Shown: positions 31,908-39,940 of the stretch, piece after piece
Layout of the letters: the number at the start of each line of letters is the position of its first letter
How positions within the stretch are numbered: the stretch's first letter is position 1
The notes under the pieces: generated by a model
The model's database searches: none
What the model was told of the DNA's origin: nothing
The model's input: only the letters and a program-made list of their open reading frames with translations
Translations under genes and position numbers: made by a program
Assembly (NCBI GenBank): GCA_965552115.1
Contig: CBEVQU010000001.1
Location: forward strand, 1-40,452
Reading direction: 5' to 3'
Source: an uncultured bacterium
GTDB taxonomy: Bacteria; Patescibacteriota; Minisyncoccia; Minisyncoccales; CAZLLZ01
DNA length: 40,452 nucleotides

Positions 31908-32381
31908 ATGAAATTTGTAATTATACTTTTGTTATTTTTCCTTCCTTCAGTTATTTTAGCTAGTGGAATATACGAGTGGAACGGTCAAAGAATCTGTTAT
32001 GAAGGGTTTGTCCCTTGCGGAAAACAACTTTGCCTAGGAGGAGAACTTCAAAATGGTAAATGTGTGAATTGTGGAGAGTATGAATTCATTCCTTGCCAAT
32101 TTTGTCATTTTTTCATAATGTTAGATGATATCGTCGATTTTATTTTATTAAAAATTGTCCCTTTAGTGGGAACAATAATGTTGGTTGTAGGAGGAATTAT
32201 GTTTTATTTTGCTGGGACATCTCCTCAATCTTTGTCTAGAGCAAAAAGTATTTTAACTTCTGCTATTATAGGTTTGGTAATTATTTATTGCTCTTGGTTA
32301 ATAGTAAATACTATTTTGGACGTTTTAGGAGTAGCAGAATGGACAGGTCTCCACAATTGGTGGGAATTTTCTTGTAAATAA
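31908..32381 (+). CDS. Cys-rich secreted/2-TM protein, TrbC/VirB2-like (CPR T4SS-pilin type) candidate
   Basis: Signal peptide MKFVIILLLFFLPSVILASG, a 9-Cys segment (ICYEGFVPCGKQLCLGGELQNGKCVNCGEYEFIPCQFCHFF), then two hydrophobic helices separated by a short polar loop. The call rests on architecture only. Confidence 0.45.
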   Translation: MKFVIILLLFFLPSVILASGIYEWNGQRICYEGFVPCGKQLCLGGELQNGKCVNCGEYEFIPCQFCHFFIMLDDIVDFILLKIVPLVGTIMLVVGGIMFYFAGTSPQSLSRAKSILTSAIIGLVIIYCSWLIVNTILDVLGVAEWTGLHNWWEFSCK

Positions 32382-32454
32382 GCCTCCGTAGCTCAATTGG
32401 CAGAGCAGGGGCCTCTTAAGCCCAAGGTTGCAGGTTCGACTCCTGCCGGAGGCA
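32382..32454 (+). tRNA. tRNA-Lys, anticodon CUU
   Basis: Starts on the nucleotide after the TAA of the preceding CDS. Acceptor GCCTCCG/CGGAGGC, A73, loop CTCTTAA, T-arm GCAGG-TTCGACT-CCTGC. Confidence 0.9.
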
Positions 32455-32480
32455 CAGAGATAAAGCTTTTTTTATTTAGA

Positions 32481-32509
32481 TTGATAAAAAAAATCAAAAA
32501 TTCTAAAAT
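32481..32509 (+). promoter_or_regulatory. sigma70-like promoter (TTGATA-N17-TAAAAT) for rpsO
   Basis: -35 at 32481-32486, -10 at 32504-32509. 7 nt (AAAATAA) to ATG 32517. Confidence 0.55.
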
Positions 32510-32516
32510 AAAATAA

Positions 32517-32783
32517 ATGTTAACCCCAAAAGAAAAAAAGAAAATAATAGAAAAATACAAGCTTCATAACAAAGATACTGGCTCTCCGGAAGTCCAGATA
32601 GCTTTACTTACAGAAGAGATAAAAAGATTGATTTCTCATCTTAAAAAGCATAAGAAAGACCTGCATTCAAAAAGAGGATTATTAAAGATGGTAATGAAAA
32701 GAAGAAAATTATTGAAATATTTACAAGCAAAAGACGAAAAAAGATATCAAAGTATTATTAAAAAAATAGGAATTAAAAAATAA
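32517..32783 (+). CDS. rpsO: 30S ribosomal protein S15
   Basis: [38 protein letters not shown]; 88 aa. Confidence 0.95.
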   Translation: MLTPKEKKKIIEKYKLHNKDTGSPEVQIALLTEEIKRLISHLKKHKKDLHSKRGLLKMVMKRRKLLKYLQAKDEKRYQSIIKKIGIKK

Positions 32784-32784
32784 A

Positions 32785-33318
32785 ATGGTCTCTAAATTAA
32801 AAGAACAAAGAGTAGCTGTTTTTATCGACACCCAAAATCTTTATCATTCTGCTAAAAATCTTTATGAAGCTAGAGTAAATTTTAAAGAAATTTTAAAGGC
32901 AGCAGTAGCAGGAAGAAAACTTATTAGAGCTTTCGCTTATGTTGTCAGAACAAAAACAGGAGAAGAAAGAGCTTTTTTTGGAGCTTTATCTAAATTAGGG
33001 ATTGAGATGCGAGTAAAAGATCTCCAAGAATATTATGATGGAATGAAAAAGGCAGATTGGGACGTAGGATTAGTTATCGATGCTATTAGAATGGCTCCCA
33101 ATATTGACGTAGTAGTTTTAGTTTCAGGAGATGGAGATTTTGTTCCTCTAGTGGAGTATCTCAAAAATCAGGGAAAAAGAGTAGAGGTAATAGCTTTTGG
33201 CAAAACTACTTCCACAAAATTAAAAGAGATATCCGATGAATTTTTAAATTTAGATAAAGATCCAAAAAGATTCCTCCTTAAAAAAGGAGGGTTTCTTTCA
33301 AAGATTCGATGGAAATAA
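32785..33318 (+). CDS. NYN-domain (LabA/DUF88-type) predicted ribonuclease
   Basis: VAVFIDTQNLY ... DWDVGLVIDA ... VVLVSGDGDFVPLVEYL (acidic NYN/PIN-like residues). Starts 1 nt after the rpsO stop and overlaps the pnp start. Confidence 0.8.
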   Translation: MVSKLKEQRVAVFIDTQNLYHSAKNLYEARVNFKEILKAAVAGRKLIRAFAYVVRTKTGEERAFFGALSKLGIEMRVKDLQEYYDGMKKADWDVGLVIDAIRMAPNIDVVVLVSGDGDFVPLVEYLKNQGKRVEVIAFGKTTSTKLKEISDEFLNLDKDPKRFLLKKGGFLSKIRWK

Positions 33319-35435
33319 AAATGAAAGGGTTTAAAAAACAAATTGAGATTGCAAATAAAATTCTCTCTATAGAAGTTAAGAATTTAGCTGAACAAGCTAA
33401 CGGAGAAGCCTTAATAAGATATGGGGAAACAGAAGTCTTAGCTACTTGTGTGATGGGAGAAGAAGCAAGAACTTTGGGTTTTTTTCCTTTAACAGTAGAT
33501 TATGAAGAAAGATATTATGCGGCAGGAAAAATCAGGGGTCCAAGATATATAAAAAGAGAGGGGAGACCCTCAGATGAAGCTATTTGTGTAGCCAGAATGG
33601 TAGATAGAGCAATTAGACCTCTTTTCCCAAAAGATTTAAGAAGAAAAGTTCAGATAGTAATAACTTGTCTTTCATGGGATGGAGAAAATGATCCAGATAT
33701 TTTATCTCTTTTGGCAGCTTCCGTTGCTCTTTCTATCTCTGATATTCCATGGAAAGGGCCTGTTGGATGTGTTCGAATTGGAGGAAATGAAGAAAAACTT
33801 CTTTTTAATCCTACCTATCAGGAAAGAGAAAACTCTAAAATAGATGTTGTTTTTGGAGCAATAGAAGAGAAAGGAGAAATTCTTTTAAACATGATAGATG
33901 GAAAAGGAGAAGAAATAGGAGAAAATACAATTTTAAAAGCTTTTGATAAAGCTGTTCCTCTTTTGAGAAAGCTAATAAAGTTTCAAGAAGAAATAAGAAA
34001 AGAGATAGGAAAAGAAAAAGCAGAATTGAAAGTTTTTAATTTCCCTGATTTAGAAAAAGAAATAAAAGAATTTTTAGGAAATAAATTAAGAGAAGCTCTT
34101 TTTGGCGAAAAAGAAGAAAGAATGGAAAAATTAAAAAAAATAAGAGAAGATCTAATTGATCTAATCGAAGGGAAATATCCTCAAGATGAAGAAAGAAAAA
34201 TATTTGCCTTTGATTTTCTAGAAAATGAAATCAGAAAAACTTTAACCAAAATGGTATTGAAAGAAAAAATAAGACCCGATGGAAGAAAACCAGAAGAAAT
34301 AAGAAAACTCCATATGGAAGCGGGTCTTTTACCTCGAACTCATGGATCTGGTCTTTTTTGTCGAGGAAAAACTAAAACTCTCTCAATTTTAACTCTAGGA
34401 GCCCCAGGAGACGTTCAATTATTAGAAGGAATGGAGATTGTAGGAAAAAAAAGATTTATGCATCATTATAACTTTCCTCCTTACTCTGTAGGAGAAGTCT
34501 CTCCAATCAGAGGACCAGGTAGAAGAGAAATAGGCCATGGAATGTTAGTTGAAAAAGCCCTCTTGCCTTTAGTCCCTGATTTTGAAGAATTTCCTTATAC
34601 TTTAAGAGTAGTCTCTGAAGTCTTATCCTCTAACGGTTCTACTTCTATGGCTTCTGTCTGCTCTTCTTCTTTAGCTTTAATGGATGGAGGAGTTCCTATT
34701 AAGAGACCTGCAGCTGGCATAGCTTTAGGAATAATTAAAGAAGGAGACAAATTTGAAATTTTAACAGACATTCAAGGACCTGAAGATCACTATGGAGGAA
34801 TGGATTTTAAGGTAGCTGGAACAAAAAAAGGAATTACCGCCTTACAAATGGATGTGAAAATTCCAGGGCTAAATAGAGAAATTTTGGAAAAGACCCTCAA
34901 AAGAGGAAAAGAAGCAAGAATAAGAATCTTAGAGGAAATGGCGAAAGTTTTACCAAAAAGTAGAGAAAAACTTTCGCCAACTGCTCCTCGAATTTATAAA
35001 ATTCAAATAAAACCTGAGAAAATAAGAGAGGTTATAGGACCTGGAGGGAGAGTCATTCATGAAATTATTGAAAAATGTGAAGTTTCAATTGATATTCAAC
35101 AAGACGGGAAAATTTATATTACAGCTGAGAAAGATGAAGCAGCTAAAAAAGCCATCTCTTGGATTAAAAATATTACTCGGGAAGTAAAGGTAGGGGAAAT
35201 TTTTCAAGGGAAAGTTAAAAGAATTTTAAATTTTGGAGCAATAGTTGAAATTTTCCCAGGCCAGGAAGGTTTAATCCATATTTCAAATTTAAATATAAAA
35301 GGTCGAAGACCAAGAAGGGTTTCAGATGTGTTAAGGGTGGGAGACATTGTATCCGTTAAAGTAATAAGTATAGATGAGTTAGGAAGAATTAATCTTTTAT
35401 TACTGAAAAACAAAAAAAGATTATGGAAGAAATAG
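33309..35435 (+). CDS. pnp: polynucleotide phosphorylase
   Basis: Two RNase PH domains (RTHGSGLF; GGMDFKVAGT), KH (IGPGGRVIHEI), S1 (GKVKRILNFGAIVEI). Alternative start ATG 33321. Confidence 0.95.
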   Translation: MEIKMKGFKKQIEIANKILSIEVKNLAEQANGEALIRYGETEVLATCVMGEEARTLGFFPLTVDYEERYYAAGKIRGPRYIKREGRPSDEAICVARMVDRAIRPLFPKDLRRKVQIVITCLSWDGENDPDILSLLAASVALSISDIPWKGPVGCVRIGGNEEKLLFNPTYQERENSKIDVVFGAIEEKGEILLNMIDGKGEEIGENTILKAFDKAVPLLRKLIKFQEEIRKEIGKEKAELKVFNFPDLEKEIKEFLGNKLREALFGEKEERMEKLKKIREDLIDLIEGKYPQDEERKIFAFDFLENEIRKTLTKMVLKEKIRPDGRKPEEIRKLHMEAGLLPRTHGSGLFCRGKTKTLSILTLGAPGDVQLLEGMEIVGKKRFMHHYNFPPYSVGEVSPIRGPGRREIGHGMLVEKALLPLVPDFEEFPYTLRVVSEVLSSNGSTSMASVCSSSLALMDGGVPIKRPAAGIALGIIKEGDKFEILTDIQGPEDHYGGMDFKVAGTKKGITALQMDVKIPGLNREILEKTLKRGKEARIRILEEMAKVLPKSREKLSPTAPRIYKIQIKPEKIREVIGPGGRVIHEIIEKCEVSIDIQQDGKIYITAEKDEAAKKAISWIKNITREVKVGEIFQGKVKRILNFGAIVEIFPGQEGLIHISNLNIKGRRPRRVSDVLRVGDIVSVKVISIDELGRINLLLLKNKKRLWKK

Positions 35436-36925
35436 AAAAAAAAGAATATTTTAAAAGGGAGGAGATAAGAACAATGGAAAAAGATATAGCTTCTTTAAGA
35501 GAAGCTGAATTTGAGAAAAAAAGAGAAAAGTTTTTAGAAAAAGAAGAAATCAAAAAAGAAAAAATAACACCAAAAGAAATTGTTCCTCCTCCACCTAAAA
35601 AAGAACCAAGATCTTTTGAAATCCAAGAAGAAGAAGAAGAAATTGAAAAAAAACCTGAAATTCCAAAAAAAGAAATATTTCCCTTTTCTAAAGAGGAAAT
35701 TATCCAATTAAGAGAAAATAAAAAGAATCTTTTGGAAGAAATCTCTCTTTTAGATGAAAAGAAAGCTCCTCTTTTGGAGAAAGAGAAAGAAATTCTTAAG
35801 GAAATAGAAAATTTAAAATTTGAGCTGGGGAAAATTAAAGAAAAAGAAAGAAAGATTGAGGAAAATAAAACAAATTTAGAAAAAGAAGAGAAAAAAGCAT
35901 CTTCTCCAGAAAAATTAAAAGAAATAGAGGAGAGAAGGTGGAAATTAGAAGAAAAAAGAGAAAGAGTTGAAAAAGAAAGATGGAAAATAGAAGATCAAAT
36001 TAAAGAATGGGAAGAGAAATTAAAAAATATTAAAGAAGAGGAAAGAAAAATTAACCAGAGAGAAGAAGAAATTAGAAAAGAATTAGAAGAGATAAAAGAA
36101 AAGGAAGAAAAAATAGCCCTTTTTGAAAAGAAGAAAAAATTAGAAAAGAAATTAGAAGAAATTGCTGAAAAATTAGAACCTCTCAAACGAGAGAAAGAAA
36201 AACTCAATCTTTCTCTTTCTCAAATAGAAAAAAATTTATTTGAAACAGAAGAAGAAGAGAGAGATTTAGAAGAAAGAATAGAAAAATTAGAAGAAGAAGA
36301 GAGAGAGGCTTTGGAAGAAAGAAAGAGAGAAATAGAAATAGAAAGACAAAAACTTGAAAAAGAAAGAAGAGAGAAAGAAAAAGAAAAATGGTCTCTTCAA
36401 GAAAAAAGAAATGAATTAAAAGAGAAAATTAAAGAAGTTTACATTCAATATAAAGGAATCTCTTTCAAAAAAGAGAAAATAGAAAAAGAAATTAAAGAAA
36501 TTGAAAATATTCTTGGAATAACAAAGAGAAAGAAAACAGAAGAAATGACAGAGAGAGTAATAGAAAGAGAAGAAATACCTTTAAAGGAAAAAAAATTAGA
36601 AACAAAAAAGGAAGAAAATAAAATTGAAAAAGAGATTCCAAAACCAAAAGAGGCTTTTTCTCCTCCTAACATTAAAAAGAAAGATACCTTTTTCGCAAAA
36701 ATAGAAAAGCCTCTCGAAAAAGAAGAAATAATTAAAGAGGAAAAAGAACAACCGCCAAAGATAGAAGAAATAAAACCTCTAGAGTTGAGGAAAATCTCTC
36801 GAAGAGAAAGAATAATAATTAGAGCTATATATTTTCTTTTATTTTTATTTATTATTCTTTTGGTGTTAAAGGTTTTAGATATTAAATTTAAAATTATAGA
36901 AATTTTAAGAGAAAAATTCCTATGA
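35423..36925 (+). CDS. tail-anchored, extremely E/K-rich coiled-coil protein, unknown function
   Basis: About 470 aa of E/K/R heptad-like sequence, then a single C-terminal TM helix (IIIRAIYFLLFLFIILLVLKVL). 13-nt overlap with the pnp end and 4-nt overlap with the next gene. Confidence 0.6.
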   Translation: MEEIEKKEYFKREEIRTMEKDIASLREAEFEKKREKFLEKEEIKKEKITPKEIVPPPPKKEPRSFEIQEEEEEIEKKPEIPKKEIFPFSKEEIIQLRENKKNLLEEISLLDEKKAPLLEKEKEILKEIENLKFELGKIKEKERKIEENKTNLEKEEKKASSPEKLKEIEERRWKLEEKRERVEKERWKIEDQIKEWEEKLKNIKEEERKINQREEEIRKELEEIKEKEEKIALFEKKKKLEKKLEEIAEKLEPLKREKEKLNLSLSQIEKNLFETEEEERDLEERIEKLEEEEREALEERKREIEIERQKLEKERREKEKEKWSLQEKRNELKEKIKEVYIQYKGISFKKEKIEKEIKEIENILGITKRKKTEEMTERVIEREEIPLKEKKLETKKEENKIEKEIPKPKEAFSPPNIKKKDTFFAKIEKPLEKEEIIKEEKEQPPKIEEIKPLELRKISRRERIIIRAIYFLLFLFIILLVLKVLDIKFKIIEILREKFL

Positions 36926-37293
36926 AGAAAGAGCTTCTCAAAGAATTTGAGAAAAAATTAAAAGAGAAAGAGAAAATAATTGAGAAAGAACTCAAGAGCT
37001 TTGCTAAAAAAGATACTAAAGTCAAAGGTGATTGGGAAAGTAAATTTCCCTACTTTAACGGAGAAATTGGAGGAGCTGCTTTAGAAAAAGCAGCTGATGA
37101 AGTGGAAGAGTATACTACCCGTTTACCTATAGAATACGCTTTAGAAAAAAAACTTCTCCAGATTAAAAAAGCTTTAAGAAGAATCAAAAGTGGGAAATAT
37201 GGCATTTGCGAAAAGTGTAAAAAAGAAATTTCTCTTAAAAGATTAAAAATTTTACCTGAAGCTACTTTATGTAAAAAATGTCAGAAAAAATAA
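36922..37293 (+). CDS. DksA/TraR-family C4 zinc-finger protein
   Basis: Coiled-coil N-terminal part plus CEKC-x17-CKKC. Confidence 0.75.
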   Translation: MKKELLKEFEKKLKEKEKIIEKELKSFAKKDTKVKGDWESKFPYFNGEIGGAALEKAADEVEEYTTRLPIEYALEKKLLQIKKALRRIKSGKYGICEKCKKEISLKRLKILPEATLCKKCQKK

Positions 37294-38813
37294 GTAAAGT
37301 TGCTAAAGTTTTTACTTTAGCTCCTTTTGGTCTGGAAGGTAAATTAATCGAAGTAGAAATTTCCCTTTCTTTTGATCTAAGATCTTTAAATATAGTTGGT
37401 CTTCCAGATAAAACAATAGAAGAATCAAAAGAGAGAGTGATCTCAGCCTTAAAAAATAGTGGTTTTTCCCCTCCTTTAAAGAAACCAGAAAGAATAATTG
37501 TCAATTTAGCGCCAGCTGACTTTAAAAAAGAAGGTTCTTTATATGACCTCCCAATAGCTATTTCTTATTTACTAATCTCAAATCAAACTAATTTTAATCC
37601 AGAAGGAAAAGCTTTCTTAGGAGAGCTCTCTCTTAAAGGAGAAATAAGAGCTCACAAAGGAATTCTTCCTTTAGTAATGACAGCTAAAGAAAAAGGAATA
37701 AAAGAAGTAATTTTACCAAGAGAGAATGAAAGAGAGGCAAAAATAATAAAAGACATAAAGATTATAGGAGTTAAAGATCTTAAAGAAACAATAGATTATT
37801 TAGAAGGGAGAAAGAAAATATTCTCTCAAATAAACATTTCTCAGCTCTTTAAAAGGAATGAAATTTTAATAGATCTCTCACATATAAAAGGTCAAGAAAG
37901 TGCAAAAAGGGCTTTAGAAATTGTAGCTGCAGGAGGACATCATATATTATTATTTGGACCTCCTGGAGCTGGAAAGAGTCTTTTAGCAAAAGCTCTTCCT
38001 TCTATCTTACCTGATCTTTCTTTTGAGGAAGCTTTAGAAGTTACCAAAATTTATAGTGTATCTGGCCTCCTAAATAAAGAAAGACCTTTTTTAATTGAAA
38101 GACCTTTCAGATCTCCCCACCATACTTGTTCGGAAGCAGCTTTAATTGGAGGAGGAAATCCTCCAAGACCAGGTGAAATTACTCTCTCTCACAAAGGAGT
38201 TCTTTTTTTGGATGAATTTCCTGAATTCCATAGAGATGTCTTAGAAAGTTTAAGACAACCCTTGGAGGAAGGTAAAATTACTATTTCAAGGAGTAGATAT
38301 TCTTTAACTTTCCCAGCTAAATTTATCTTAGTAGCTGCAGCAAACCCTTGCCCTTGTGGAAACTATGGAAATCCTTTATTAGAATGTAAATGCACTCCGT
38401 CTCAAATTGCAAAGTATAAAAGGAAGTTATCTGGCCCTCTGATGGATAGAATCGATCTGTTTGTAGAAGTTCCTCCTTTAAAATATGAAAAATTGGTAGA
38501 GAAAGAAAATGTTTCCTATGTAGAAAAAATTAAAGAAAGAGTTGAAAAAGCAAGACAAATTCAGAAAGAAAGATTTAAAAAAGAGAAAACTAATTCTGAA
38601 ATGAGTTTATCTGAAATTAAGAAATTCTGTGAGATAGATTCTAGATCTCAAACAATTTTGAAAAAATTGATAGACTCTGGAAGATTATCTGCCAGAGGAT
38701 ACCATAAAGTTCTAAAAGTAGCTAGAACAATTGCAGATTTGGAAGAAAAAGAAAAAATAGCTTCAGAGAATATTGCTGAAGCTTTAATGTTTAGGTTAAA
38801 AGAAATTTATTAA
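37278..38813 (+). CDS. comM: YifB/ComM-family Mg-chelatase-like AAA+ ATPase
   Basis: Lon-protease-like N domain, Walker A GPPGAGKS, Walker B LFLDEFPEF, PCPCG segment, C-terminal Mg-chelatase subunit-like domain. Confidence 0.9.
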   Translation: MSEKISKVAKVFTLAPFGLEGKLIEVEISLSFDLRSLNIVGLPDKTIEESKERVISALKNSGFSPPLKKPERIIVNLAPADFKKEGSLYDLPIAISYLLISNQTNFNPEGKAFLGELSLKGEIRAHKGILPLVMTAKEKGIKEVILPRENEREAKIIKDIKIIGVKDLKETIDYLEGRKKIFSQINISQLFKRNEILIDLSHIKGQESAKRALEIVAAGGHHILLFGPPGAGKSLLAKALPSILPDLSFEEALEVTKIYSVSGLLNKERPFLIERPFRSPHHTCSEAALIGGGNPPRPGEITLSHKGVLFLDEFPEFHRDVLESLRQPLEEGKITISRSRYSLTFPAKFILVAAANPCPCGNYGNPLLECKCTPSQIAKYKRKLSGPLMDRIDLFVEVPPLKYEKLVEKENVSYVEKIKERVEKARQIQKERFKKEKTNSEMSLSEIKKFCEIDSRSQTILKKLIDSGRLSARGYHKVLKVARTIADLEEKEKIASENIAEALMFRLKEIY

Positions 38814-39850
38814 AAAGCGAAAGGATTTTTTGCCCCTCTCACTTCAAAATGCAAATGACATCCCTTTGGTCCTCGGGGAATAGTATAACCTGAATGTCCT
38901 ATATATCCTATTATCTCTCCTTGAGAAACTCTTTGCCCAGGAGAAACAATTATTTTTGAAAGATGACCGTAGAAAGTAATTACTCCATTTGGATGCAAAA
39001 TCCTAATGTAATTTCCTGCTATCTTGTGATATCCTATTTTTTGAATAATCCCTCCAGCAGCAGCTAAGACTGGATCTCCGCACCTTCCATGACTGAAATC
39101 CACCGCATTATACCAATGTAGCCCTTGAGTAATTCTACAAGGTTCTAAAATAGGACAAATAAAGAAATTAGAAGCTATTGGAGCAAAAGATGATACCCTT
39201 TGTCTTATTTTTGGAGGTCTTCCTCCCGGAATGATTAACAAATCTCCAATGTAGATTTTTCCTTCTTTGTCAATGGAATTGAATTCATAAATTTTTTCTA
39301 GAGAAACTCCATAAAGCTGAGCTATTTCAGATAAAGTCTCTCCTTTTTTCACTAAATGCAAAACTCCTGAAGTAGGTAAAATAGTTAACTTTTGGCCAGG
39401 CCTAATCACAGAATTCCAAGATAGATCATTTGCCCACAAGATAGTCTCTACAGAGATATTGAACTTTTGAGCTATTTTAGATAAACTATCTCCTTTTCTT
39501 ACAACATATTCTACAATTTCTTTTTTCTCTAAATCTTTTGAAGAAGATATTATAGAACCAAAACTCTTTGGGGAAACATTTTGAGGACAAGAAATACTAA
39601 AAAGAGTATTTTTTTGCAAAAGAGGTAAAAGGGAGTTCTCTAAAAGAGAATTTTCTCTACTTAAATAAAAATTTCCTTTTCCAGAAAAGTTTATCAAAAA
39701 AGAAAATGTATTTTGAGAATTTTTGTCTTGGGAATTTTTGCCTAAAGAAAAGAAATACCCTACCAAAAAAATAACAAAAAATAAAAACAAACCTCTTAAA
39801 AAAGATTTGTTTAAAAAATTCTTCATTAAAGCCCTAAATCCCTTTTTCAA
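38810..39850 (-). CDS. LysM-LysM-M23 peptidoglycan endopeptidase
   Basis: Two LysM repeats (YVVRKGDSLSKIAQKF; HLVKKGETLSEIAQLY), M23 motifs GHSGYT and HLHFEV. The ORF-track start is TTG 39850; ATG 39826 is possible. Confidence 0.85.
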   Translation of the reverse strand: MKKGFRALMKNFLNKSFLRGLFLFFVIFLVGYFFSLGKNSQDKNSQNTFSFLINFSGKGNFYLSRENSLLENSLLPLLQKNTLFSISCPQNVSPKSFGSIISSSKDLEKKEIVEYVVRKGDSLSKIAQKFNISVETILWANDLSWNSVIRPGQKLTILPTSGVLHLVKKGETLSEIAQLYGVSLEKIYEFNSIDKEGKIYIGDLLIIPGGRPPKIRQRVSSFAPIASNFFICPILEPCRITQGLHWYNAVDFSHGRCGDPVLAAAGGIIQKIGYHKIAGNYIRILHPNGVITFYGHLSKIIVSPGQRVSQGEIIGYIGHSGYTIPRGPKGCHLHFEVRGAKNPFAF

Positions 39851-39940
39851 TTTTGAAAAGTAATCTAAAATGTTTTTTTCTTAGTTTAATTTCAATAAAG
39901 CGGATATTAAAGAAATTGTCAATACTTTTTTCAACAAATT

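Noticed and set aside
31821-32454. tRNA-flanked pilin-like gene as a small genomic island or integrated element.
   Set aside because: There is no integrase, recombinase or direct repeat of a tRNA 3' end that I could see. The segment is a single ORF with the same AT-rich composition as its surroundings.
33280-33300. AAGGAGGG purine run upstream of pnp as a Shine-Dalgarno site.
   Set aside because: It lies about 17 nt or more from either candidate pnp ATG and is in-frame coding sequence (KKGGF) of the NYN gene. The spacing is wrong for an SD.
35423-36925. Highly repetitive GAA/AAA-rich DNA that superficially looks like tandem repeats or an array.
   Set aside because: It is one uninterrupted 500-codon reading frame encoding E/K coiled coil. 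There are no spacer-repeat periodicity, no exact long repeats and no cas genes, so it is not a CRISPR or satellite array.
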